Shown here: positions 6,533 through 14,625 of the stretch, in pieces
Layout: each line of letters starts with the position of its first letter
Numbering within the stretch: position 1 is the stretch's first letter
NCBI GenBank assembly: GCA_025360875.1
Contig: JANYBI010000767.1
Coordinates: 1-33,824, forward strand
Reading direction: 5' to 3'
DNA length: 33,824 nucleotides
Source: Lentisphaerota bacterium
Lineage (GTDB): Bacteria > Verrucomicrobiota > Lentisphaeria > Victivallales > GWF2-50-93
Notes under the pieces: generated by a model
Seen by the model: only the letters and a program-made list of their open reading frames with translations
Told to the model about the DNA's origin: nothing
Database searches by the model: none
Translations under genes and position numbers: made by a program

Positions 6533-8761
6533 TCACCTTGTTGGTTTGAAGTTCAGAAATTCCTGGGCCAGCACCGAAAGCGCGGCGGTCGGATCAGTGG
6601 TGACAGCCGCAGCGTCGAACGGCGCCTGCAGGACCCAGTCCCAGTCGTCGCGCTGGTAGTCGATCTCGTCGAGCCATGCGCGGAAGACGTTGAAGGAATA
6701 TGTGAACACGTAAACTTCGCCCTTGCCGATCTTCCGTTTGTAGAGAAGCGGCGACCACGGGCTGACCTTCTGCTGCTGGATGAAATATTTTTTCAGCTCT
6801 TCCGGATCGCTGCCCTTGTACGGCGATGGCGCGACAGCTTCCGCGAGAATCTGGGCGTCCGACGGCAGTTTCACCCATTTGAAGACCAGTTCCTTTTCAC
6901 GGCGGCCTGGCATGTAACGGCCACGGCGCATGTTCCAGTACGGCAGGAAATCGTCGCGCAACTGCCAGCGCAGGCTGACAGTCCACGGATTCCAATGCTG
7001 GTGATATGTGGATTCGACCTCAAGCGCGCCAGCCAGCTTGTTCCAGGCGGACTGGTCCATCGTTGCGCCGCGCGGATCGTACATCTTGCCATCCTCGCCG
7101 AAACTCAGGAGAACACGTCCACCCTGTTTTGCGTACGCGAGCAATGTCGCCGGCAGTTCGGGGAAGTCGCGCTGGTACTCGTCGGCGGAGACGATAACCA
7201 CCTTGAAAGGTGTCAGTTCCTCGAGGGCGATCGGACCGCGTCCCTGGAACCAGCTGTGCTTGACTTCCGGCTGGACACCGAGCCGGGCGCAGGCCGAAGC
7301 GATGCAGGCGTTGGTCATGTTGGCATCGATCTGTTCGAGGCCAAGCCGGTGTCCGGTAGGCACAAGAAGCAGGACTTCGTCAGACACGCGCGGCGTCGGA
7401 ACTTTTGCCGAAAGATAGGTGCGCATCCGGCGCGCCACGGGACGGTATTTATGCTGCATGTCGATCACGCCCATCTGCTCGCCTTCACGATGGAAATATT
7501 CAGGTTCGGGACGTGACGAGGAATCGTCGTCCGACCAGCACCACCAGCCGATGCCGTCGGCGCCGGCTTCCATGTAGACGCGCTGCAGGCGTTCGAAGAG
7601 GATGCGCTGGTCCTTCTCCTCGCGCGCCCAGCGGAGGAAGGCTGTCATGACCGAGCCGTGGCACGGGATGAGCGCCGTTTCCGGCGCGGCAGCCTTGAGA
7701 TAGCGGCAGCGTTCCCAGGCTTCAGTACAGGTGGAAAGGGAATCTATCTGGTCCTTGCCGGTGGTCGGTTCGACAAATCCCTGGCGCTGCCAGTTCGGGG
7801 CGACGTTCGAGCCATAGGACATGTTGAACCCGTACATCTCGATCCACACCGCATCGACGTTCATCAGACCTGGAATATAATTCTCCTGCGGCCCGCTGCA
7901 CCACTCGCATCCCTCATGGACGCTCATCGTCTTGATTTTAGGCGCGATCTTCCTGATCTCACCGTAGAAACGGTTATGGGTCCGGACCATGGTTTCGCTC
8001 TGGAACGCCAGGAAATCGAAACTGCGGGAATCGGCGCGCGTGAACTGTCCGAGCACTTCAGTGGGCAACGCGACCTCGCCCCACTTCTTCGGTTTTTCAG
8101 GCAGGTACGGGTTTGCCTTCAGGAAAGCCTTGAAATCGTCCTTGTACTTTTTCCGCAGCCATTCCTGCCAGAAGGGTTTGACCGGGAGAAGTTCCGCGGC
8201 TTCCGGTTCACCGGGACGGAATCCTGCGTATGCGGTCCAGAGACGTCCGCCGGACCGTCCCATGATCAGCGGTACTGCCGTATCGTCGGCGAAACGCCGT
8301 GCGAATTCGCCAAACGCCTTGACCTGCGCATCGAACAGGTAATCGCTGAAAGCATGCTGGTTCAGAGTCATCCCTTTCGGCGAAGGGTTTGCCTTGCCAA
8401 GGACATGCCGTACGGCTTCGCTGCTGTCATCACCATCAAGATTGGGAAACGGAATCAGGTAGATATCCTGTGAACGCGCTATCTCCACCATCTTCGCAAC
8501 GTTCTTCCACTGCGCCTCGACCGGCTTGCCATTTTTGAAGAAGGGCTTGAGGTTGATGAAAGGGACAGCCCAGGTCAGCCCGACCTTTTTCATCAGTTCA
8601 AAATCGTTTGCCAGATCCTTCTCATTGGCTTTCCAATATTCCTCGGCAAACCAGTCGCCGCCGCAGGTCCCGGGCGTACGTCCGAAATAAACCGGACCCG
8701 TTGGCAAAATCTTTTTCCCGCCGCGAAAGAATGATCCGTTCCTGATTTCCAGTGGTAGCAT
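6533..8761 (-). CDS. Cytoplasmic glycoside-hydrolase-like protein: N-terminal (beta/alpha)8-like domain plus a GH42-trimerisation/GATase1-like domain. Paralog A of 23715..25958. Family unassigned.
   Basis: 742-aa ORF with GGAGGG 6 nt upstream of the ATG and no signal peptide. The N-terminus YFGRTPGTCGGDWFAEEYWKANEKDLANDFELMKKVGL resembles the start of clan GH-A barrels (GH42/GH35 style). The middle/C-terminal stretch FKVVIVSADEYQRDFPELPATLLAYAKQGGRVLLSF resembles the GATase1-like beta-galactosidase trimerisation domain. It shares blocks with 23715..25958: YYGRFPGACGPDWW, IRKVAP, ADGW.YWNW.DD, RIGKGWVYV..W.NNVFR. I could not find a canonical NEP acid/base motif. Confidence 0.6.
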   Translation of the reverse strand: MLPLEIRNGSFFRGGKKILPTGPVYFGRTPGTCGGDWFAEEYWKANEKDLANDFELMKKVGLTWAVPFINLKPFFKNGKPVEAQWKNVAKMVEIARSQDIYLIPFPNLDGDDSSEAVRHVLGKANPSPKGMTLNQHAFSDYLFDAQVKAFGEFARRFADDTAVPLIMGRSGGRLWTAYAGFRPGEPEAAELLPVKPFWQEWLRKKYKDDFKAFLKANPYLPEKPKKWGEVALPTEVLGQFTRADSRSFDFLAFQSETMVRTHNRFYGEIRKIAPKIKTMSVHEGCEWCSGPQENYIPGLMNVDAVWIEMYGFNMSYGSNVAPNWQRQGFVEPTTGKDQIDSLSTCTEAWERCRYLKAAAPETALIPCHGSVMTAFLRWAREEKDQRILFERLQRVYMEAGADGIGWWCWSDDDSSSRPEPEYFHREGEQMGVIDMQHKYRPVARRMRTYLSAKVPTPRVSDEVLLLVPTGHRLGLEQIDANMTNACIASACARLGVQPEVKHSWFQGRGPIALEELTPFKVVIVSADEYQRDFPELPATLLAYAKQGGRVLLSFGEDGKMYDPRGATMDQSAWNKLAGALEVESTYHQHWNPWTVSLRWQLRDDFLPYWNMRRGRYMPGRREKELVFKWVKLPSDAQILAEAVAPSPYKGSDPEELKKYFIQQQKVSPWSPLLYKRKIGKGEVYVFTYSFNVFRAWLDEIDYQRDDWDWVLQAPFDAAAVTTDPTAALSVLAQEFLNFKPTR

Positions 8762-8801
8762 ATTATCCCTCCATATTTATTTTTAAACTAATTTCAGTAG
8801 A

Positions 8802-8875
8802 AGTCAGAATTCAGGAGTCAGGAGTCAGAATAAATCCAGATTCGAGTTTGAATTTCATTCTGTCTTCTGACTCCT
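8802..8875. repeat. Direct repeats (AGTCAGAAT x2, AGGAGTC x2) plus an 11-bp perfect inverted repeat AGGAGTCAGAA (8820..8830) / TTCTGACTCCT (8865..8875)
   Basis: Read directly from the sequence. The stem encloses a 34-nt loop. It lies ~40-110 nt upstream of the 6533..8761 start on the minus strand. Confidence 0.7.
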
Positions 8876-8881
8876 GTCTTC

Positions 8882-8903
8882 CTGCAAAACTCAAGTTTTG
8901 CAG
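8882..8903. repeat. Perfect 9-bp hairpin CTGCAAAAC-tcaa-GTTTTGCAG
   Basis: Read directly from the sequence. A second hairpin, CCTCCG-ttatagc-CGGAGG, lies at 8911..8929. Confidence 0.7.
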
Positions 8904-9051
8904 TCATATACCTCCGTTATAGCCGGAGGCTTGAATTCTGTTATCCGCTTTGAGCGGCAAACCACATTCACAGTCCATGATAAATTCCATACTCCTGCGG
9001 AGGACACTTTCCAAAATCCAAACAAGTTCTAAATTTCAAATCCTAAATACG

Positions 9052-9135
9052 CAAACTGAAGTTTGTACTCCAACGACTATTTTCTAATTTTACCGTTACA
9101 TGTCAAGCATATGTTGGAGTCCAAGCTTTAGCTTG
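9052..9135. repeat. Imperfect 23-bp inverted repeat of the GTTGGAGT..CTTTAG family, with 38-nt spacer
   Basis: The left arm caaactgaagtttgtactccaac (9052..9074) pairs with the right arm gttggagtccaagctttagcttg (9113..9135) at 19 of 23 positions. The arms are ~80% identical to the arms of the 22117..22186 inverted repeat. Confidence 0.65.
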
Positions 9136-9254
9136 TCTTCCAAAACAGTCAAAACAGCTAGCTCACTATTTCCGCAACTACCGTTTTTCGTATTTTCTTC
9201 CTTTCATCGGTTGGATATTCCGTGTTGGATATTGGATATTCATATTTTACTAAA

Positions 9255-12200
9255 TTATTTTTCATTCTGCGGTTTAAACGTAATCGGCGGCACCGACTTG
9301 GCGCCGGGCTTTACGCGGTATACCATCTGCTTCTGCGCCCAGCTGTCCTCGACCAGCAGGATTATTTCCCCGTTCTTGCAGGTGAAGGCGCGCACTCCGC
9401 CGTCAATGTCAATCCATCCGATCCCTCCGAACAGATTTGCGTCCGGTTCGATCACGCCGTGCAACTTGCCAGTTTTCGTGTCATATGCGAAAACCGCATT
9501 ATTCTGCATTTCGCCGACGAACGCGAGATTGGAACGGTCCGCGATCGAGATGGCCTTGATGTCCTGGGCTTCTTCGGGAAACGGCATCCGGCAGCGGAGT
9601 TTGCGCGCTGGCTTCATCCAGTTGTCATAGCAGATAAGCTCGTGACCGCTGTTGCCCCATCCATATTCTTTGCCGGTCAGCGGACAGTTCCAGGTATAGC
9701 CTGAAAGATACATCGTGTCGGTCGCAGGAAAATACCAGGCCCTCAGCACACGGCTGAACTCCACCGGTTTCGGATACCAAACTTCACTTGCAAAATCATA
9801 TTTCGGAATGCCGGCCTCAGTGAATCCTTTCAGCGGAAGATAGCGGACGCCCCAGCGGTCCTGAGGCTCCCAGATCCCGCCATTGTCATCCACGTAGCAG
9901 CTGAAAGATTCGCGGCTGGGTTCGGCTTTCTCGTCCGGCAGACTTATCTCATCCTTTCCGATCTGGCCATTGCCGTCAGCGTCGATCCACAGGAACCGGT
10001 TTTTCTTTTCGGGCGCTTCCTTCGGACGGAACCCGTTGCGGAATCCCGGCGCATAATATCCGCATGGAATGAAAATTTCGCTGTCCTTTTCCTGACGGTG
10101 GATTGCCATCGACTCGCCCCAGGAATAGCGGAAAAGCTGTCCGTTCAGGCGGCGCAGGATCTGGCTCTGCCCGTATCCGTCCGCCAGCTCTGGAAACCTC
10201 GACGGATCGGACGTGATACCGGCAAGCTTCCAGTCTTTTCCCGGAACCTGGCCCGGCACATATTTATAATGGTGCAAGGAACTGTAGATGTCGGCGCCGT
10301 CGGTGGCGGGATCAAAGTCCGAGCACGTGCAGAATACAGTCGATTCGAGCTGCCAGAGGAATTTCCCTTCCGGCGAATATGCGCGCATGATCTGGCCGTT
10401 GCATTCGACATAGACATTTCCGGAAGCGTCCACGGCAAGCCCCATCATGTTCCAGAGACGGTTCTCGCCCATCTCTCCGCGGCGCGGTCCCGCGAACACG
10501 CCGCCGCGTTCGCCGATCGTTCCTATTTCCTTCGGCTGCGCGCCGCTGACATCGTAACGTATGATCTGGTTCCGTCCGCCATTGGCGGCGACAAGCAGGC
10601 GTCCCTGCGGATCAAAAGCCAGCGCGCCAACCTTCAGATCAGGAATCGCCTTGCCGGCAGCTTTGCCGTCCATCTTGAACTGCACGACTCCGCTTTCGTT
10701 GCCAAGCCAGATCGTGCTGTCCTTGCCAAGGACAATCGGACCTGCCTGATCGATTGCGATGGAACGTTTGTATGAAGCGTCGGATTTGCCGTAGACACGT
10801 ATTTCCTTGAGCCCCTTGGCGGTCACATAGATCTCATCGTTCCCGACTGCAAGACCGCAGACCTCGTTCCATATCGCCGGTGTTTCGAAACTGATCCGTT
10901 TCGCCTCGCCAAGCTGGGTCCAGGGAACTTCCGCGCCGATGAAAGACTTGTCAATCGCATGACGCCGGATGCCCGCTGTCGGTTTCCCCATACCCGAGTT
11001 GCCGACATAGAAATATTTGTCGTCAAAAACGATCTGGCTGGAACCGCCGCTGGTCACAGGACCAACCGGTTTTCCATCCTTGTAGAACCCGATCTCCTTG
11101 TGCGGCTCATCCCAGATGCTCGTGGCGACGACGGTCCCGTCCGGAAGAACGTTTATGCCTGAAATTCCCGACTGCACCCATTCCGTCTTGCCGCTGAACG
11201 TATTGCCGAACCAGCTCAGGGCCGTGGGAACGCGCGCCATCGTCAGCGTCCAGTGCGAACGCGCGTCCTTCTCCAGTTCCAGCTGTTCCTTGCTCTTGAT
11301 TGTGATGCCATATTTTTCCGCGAGATACGCATCGGTCTGCTTCCGTTCGTCGGCGCTCAGGACATGATCGTAGATCAGCACTTCCGCAATATCGCCGTTG
11401 AACTGCGTCTCTCCGGTATTGTTCGTGCCGATTGCGGATTTCGCAAAAAGGACCGGGACAGACTGGTCCGGATCTTCCATGCGCATCTGCTGATGGCCGT
11501 TGGCATAGGTTTCAATATATTGGCCGTTATCGCCAATCTTTCCGACAACCACGGAAATCATCTGCGGTCCGGGCTGATATTGCAGCATCGGGAACGGATC
11601 TCCGGCAAGTTTGCTTCCGCAAAGCTGGAGAACACCGAGTGTCCGCAGGCAGCTGTTCTGACCCGGCGCACTGTCGAACACGCCTGCGCCAGACAGTTTC
11701 GCTCCGGCAACCACCAGCGTCATTTCCGGATATTTGCCTTCGACCGGCAGATTGAAATAATGTACGATTTTAGGTTTCGCATTGCCGTCGCCCTCGAACC
11801 GGAGCACCGGACGCCTGTTAATTCCCCTTGGAATGAACTTTGGACTGTTTGCGATATCCGCAGTCGTAAGATCCTTCTTTTCACCTGCGGAATTCTGCCA
11901 GGTCTCGACAGGCGTCCTTTCCTTCAGGCCCTTGATAGTGTCGGCACTCGACCACAGCAGCAGCCCGTCCGTCGCAGGTTTCGTTTTTACAGGCGGAGGC
12001 TGAGACAGCTGTTCGGGCGGTTTCGGCGGCGTGTAGGCAAGCGGAAATTTCGGATCGTCAGGCTTCGCTTTGGCAAGTCCATATTTCGACATCAGATAAC
12101 GTTCGACATTCTGGCGTCCGTCATCCGAAAGCGTGCCTTTGTAGATGAGCGCTTCGGAAATCTCGCCGTTGAAGACATTTTCACCGCCGTTGTTGTTCCC

Positions 12201-12863
12201 AATCCGGCTGTTTGCGAATATCACACTGTAGATCGGACTTGGATCGGCAGCAGTCACCTGCAGCTGTCCGTTGACGTATGTGCTGACAGTGATCGATCCG
12301 GCATCGTTCATCACCGCGGTTATGGTTCCGACGGCAAAATCATCCTTTCCGGCAATTGAAGGGAACGGTGCATCCATGGCGATCTTGGTTCCGCAAAGCT
12401 GGAGGAACCCCATCGTGCGCAGACAGCCTACGCCACCCGGCGCCGTGTCGAGCAATCCTGCATGACTGATGTTTTTCCCGGCCACGAAAAAGGTGAAGCT
12501 TCTCCATTCGCCGTTAAGCGGCAGGCTGAACGACTCGTTGATCTTCGGCTTGGCGTTCAAGTCTCCTGCGAAAACCACGCCGGGATGCCCTGCCGTCCCA
12601 TCCATTTTCAAAGTTGGCCGCCCGTCCCCGTCAGCTCTCAGATCAACCTTGTTCCCGCTGGCATCGGGCCACAGGTTTATCCTGGCTCCATCCTTGAACA
12701 AAGATTTGAGATCATCGGACTTCACCCAGAACATCAGCTTCGGCTGCTGCATCTTCTGCTGATCAGGAGAGCGTTCATCAGCTGCGGATCCCAGTACTGC
12801 TGCACCGAAGAGAATGCCGCCAAAGAGCAATATTTTCGAGCTGATTCTTTTGAACATGACCAC
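9255..12863 (-). CDS. Large secreted protein: two tandem LamG (concanavalin-like lectin) domains plus a C-terminal multi-blade beta-propeller. Function unknown. Paralog of 3368..6526.
   Basis: 1202-aa ORF with GAGGAGG upstream of the ATG. Signal peptide MVMFKRISSKILLFGGILFGAAVLGSAA. Two LamG_3-type ends: FNGEISEALIYKGTLSDDGRQNVERYLMSKYGL and FNGDIAEVLIYDHVLSADERKQTDAYLAEKYGI. Each is preceded by NAKPKI...LP..G...AG...AG..D.APG..CLRT.G.LQLCG.K. Propeller strands include GLAVDASGNVYVE and a DADGNGQIGKDEI loop. The C-terminus is homologous to that of 3368..6526. Confidence 0.85.
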   Translation of the reverse strand: MVMFKRISSKILLFGGILFGAAVLGSAADERSPDQQKMQQPKLMFWVKSDDLKSLFKDGARINLWPDASGNKVDLRADGDGRPTLKMDGTAGHPGVVFAGDLNAKPKINESFSLPLNGEWRSFTFFVAGKNISHAGLLDTAPGGVGCLRTMGFLQLCGTKIAMDAPFPSIAGKDDFAVGTITAVMNDAGSITVSTYVNGQLQVTAADPSPIYSVIFANSRIGNNNGGENVFNGEISEALIYKGTLSDDGRQNVERYLMSKYGLAKAKPDDPKFPLAYTPPKPPEQLSQPPPVKTKPATDGLLLWSSADTIKGLKERTPVETWQNSAGEKKDLTTADIANSPKFIPRGINRRPVLRFEGDGNAKPKIVHYFNLPVEGKYPEMTLVVAGAKLSGAGVFDSAPGQNSCLRTLGVLQLCGSKLAGDPFPMLQYQPGPQMISVVVGKIGDNGQYIETYANGHQQMRMEDPDQSVPVLFAKSAIGTNNTGETQFNGDIAEVLIYDHVLSADERKQTDAYLAEKYGITIKSKEQLELEKDARSHWTLTMARVPTALSWFGNTFSGKTEWVQSGISGINVLPDGTVVATSIWDEPHKEIGFYKDGKPVGPVTSGGSSQIVFDDKYFYVGNSGMGKPTAGIRRHAIDKSFIGAEVPWTQLGEAKRISFETPAIWNEVCGLAVGNDEIYVTAKGLKEIRVYGKSDASYKRSIAIDQAGPIVLGKDSTIWLGNESGVVQFKMDGKAAGKAIPDLKVGALAFDPQGRLLVAANGGRNQIIRYDVSGAQPKEIGTIGERGGVFAGPRRGEMGENRLWNMMGLAVDASGNVYVECNGQIMRAYSPEGKFLWQLESTVFCTCSDFDPATDGADIYSSLHHYKYVPGQVPGKDWKLAGITSDPSRFPELADGYGQSQILRRLNGQLFRYSWGESMAIHRQEKDSEIFIPCGYYAPGFRNGFRPKEAPEKKNRFLWIDADGNGQIGKDEISLPDEKAEPSRESFSCYVDDNGGIWEPQDRWGVRYLPLKGFTEAGIPKYDFASEVWYPKPVEFSRVLRAWYFPATDTMYLSGYTWNCPLTGKEYGWGNSGHELICYDNWMKPARKLRCRMPFPEEAQDIKAISIADRSNLAFVGEMQNNAVFAYDTKTGKLHGVIEPDANLFGGIGWIDIDGGVRAFTCKNGEIILLVEDSWAQKQMVYRVKPGAKSVPPITFKPQNEK

Positions 12864-13033
12864 CCCTCCTCAATTATTTATCTTCACTTCTGTTCCATCT
12901 TTCTCATTAATCTTACAGGACTTCGTTTACTTCTTCCATTTGTCATGTGCAGCCTGGCTCCCCTTGTCACTCCTTAGCCTGCTAAAAATCCTCATACTGA
13001 TAATCCCCAGACTACTTTTGCCTCTCATGCAGA

Positions 13034-13576
13034 TTAATAATACGGGAATCTTTTCAGGGAATCGGGAGTCAAGTCATTATGCAACATCTGATTTTTCAAA
13101 TCTTCTTCCTTTTGCCTTTCCGTTTTCAACTGACCCGTCTTGTAGAGCTTCTCGTAGACGTCTTTAAGAATCATCATCCCTTTTTCCGAATAAGGATCTT
13201 TGGTCAGTGCCTTCTCGCATAATTCCCTTGCTCTCAAAAGTTCCTTTGGCTTTCCTGATGAACACAGTTCCTCGGCATTTGCCAATAATTCCTCTTGTTC
13301 CTTCATGTTGACGATATATGCCTTGAAATCATAATGGACTGTCTTTTCGGCAAGATAATCATATCCCCAGAACGACTTGGCTCTAACTGGAGTCAGTCTC
13401 TCTTCCGTCCAATATACATATCCATTTTCATTCCGTTCTGACAGGATTCTTCCTTGTGCTTTGCTTTCCAGATAACTCGAATATGAAGCATCACTTGGCA
13501 AGCTGGCAGGGGTTTGAGTAGAACAGCCTGGGAGAAGCAGCAAAAGCAGGGCATATAATGTTGGTTTGATTGTCAT
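13034..13576 (-). CDS. Small lipoprotein of unknown function; helical/TPR-like C-terminal half
   Basis: 180-aa ORF. N-terminus MTIKPTLYALLLLLLPGCSTQ contains a lipobox-like L-P-G-C. AT-rich. Only a 3-nt gap to the upstream gene. Confidence 0.6.
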   Translation of the reverse strand: MTIKPTLYALLLLLLPGCSTQTPASLPSDASYSSYLESKAQGRILSERNENGYVYWTEERLTPVRAKSFWGYDYLAEKTVHYDFKAYIVNMKEQEELLANAEELCSSGKPKELLRARELCEKALTKDPYSEKGMMILKDVYEKLYKTGQLKTERQKEEDLKNQMLHNDLTPDSLKRFPYY

Positions 13577-13579
13577 AGG

Positions 13580-14062
13580 TTAAAATTCCCCCTTGCCCAG
13601 CTTTTCCTTAGCCCTTGCAAATCTATCGACGATATCGAGTTCATTGAAATGCTCGTTTATTGCTTTGTTAATAATATCATTTGCATATTTCTGCCCATCA
13701 CTGCCACCCTCATAATAAGCCGTGCTTTGCTTCTGGCTGACGCTGGGGGAGAAGGCTCCATCTCTTGCGATGCAAATGTATATCCCGCTGTATCCTTTGT
13801 GGACAATCTGCTCTTTGATTTCATCGGAGAAATCCTCAACGGAAACACCATTGAATACATCCATATATCCAAATTTATATCCCGACAGATAAAAATTTTT
13901 AGATGTTGAATCATATGATTTAATCTTTCCTGGCATATTAAAGATGAAAATATCATTTTGAACAGTAGTGGCAGCTCTGCTTGAGAATCTGAAATACATC
14001 AATGTTATCAGTATGGTAACAAATGCTACAGCAAGAAAGAGGATGATTAAGAACTTTTTCAT
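13580..14062 (-). CDS. Small N-terminally membrane-anchored protein of unknown function
   Basis: 160-aa ORF. MKKFLIILFLAVAFVTILITLMYF is a signal-anchor helix. AT-rich (hand count on a sampled line ~35% GC). Confidence 0.6.
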   Translation of the reverse strand: MKKFLIILFLAVAFVTILITLMYFRFSSRAATTVQNDIFIFNMPGKIKSYDSTSKNFYLSGYKFGYMDVFNGVSVEDFSDEIKEQIVHKGYSGIYICIARDGAFSPSVSQKQSTAYYEGGSDGQKYANDIINKAINEHFNELDIVDRFARAKEKLGKGEF

Positions 14063-14113
14063 TTTATTTACCTAGTTTATCCATACTCTACTTTTACCTG
14101 TCTCACCTGTCCA

Positions 14114-14605
14114 TCATTTCATATTGTCAACGGGGGCTGTATTGTCCTTAACTGAGACGCCATTTTCATCTGCAAAAGCCTTTGTAATATCTTCTTTTAT
14201 TGTAGGCCAGTCTTTTTCACAGTTAGGATTATAAATGTAAATGCTATATTTCTTGGTAACTGCTAATGGTTTAATACTTGGGTCTTTAAATTCAGGTGGT
14301 AAAAAACATAAAAGATAGTCACATTTCCACATAGCATATGACCCCGCCCATTCGCCTTTTCCAGCAATAAGACCAACGGTGAAATAATGATATCCCGGAA
14401 ATAAAGTTCTTGCATGTTCTGGCGTATATAAAGACCTGCCTATGCTCCATCCTTCTGGCAGAATTGAACGGACTCTATCGACGATACCTTCGCTAAACAA
14501 TTTTTCCTTTTCATAATCGTGTGTCTTGGTTGTCGGGGAATTGCAAGAAATAGAATAGAACGGCAATAAAAACAGGACTAATGCTAATCGTATTATTCGA
14601 CTCAT
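14114..14605 (-). CDS. Small exported protein / possible lipoprotein of unknown function
   Basis: I moved the start from 14797 to the internal ATG at 14605 (MSRIIRLALVLFLLPFYSISCNS...). The longer ORF overlaps the AGE gene by 172 nt in another frame and its extra 64 aa look non-protein-like. The 14605 start gives a signal peptide and has AAGAAGGG upstream. Very AT-rich (a sampled line is ~27% GC). Confidence 0.6.
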   Translation of the reverse strand: MSRIIRLALVLFLLPFYSISCNSPTTKTHDYEKEKLFSEGIVDRVRSILPEGWSIGRSLYTPEHARTLFPGYHYFTVGLIAGKGEWAGSYAMWKCDYLLCFLPPEFKDPSIKPLAVTKKYSIYIYNPNCEKDWPTIKEDITKAFADENGVSVKDNTAPVDNMK

Positions 14606-14625
14606 AGTAAGCCCTTCTTTTATTC

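Noticed and set aside
8882-9074. GTTTTGC/GCAAAAC-type stems considered as possible CRISPR repeats
   Set aside because: They are single self-complementary hairpins, not direct repeats with regular 30-40 nt spacers. No array periodicity or cas genes occur anywhere in the window.
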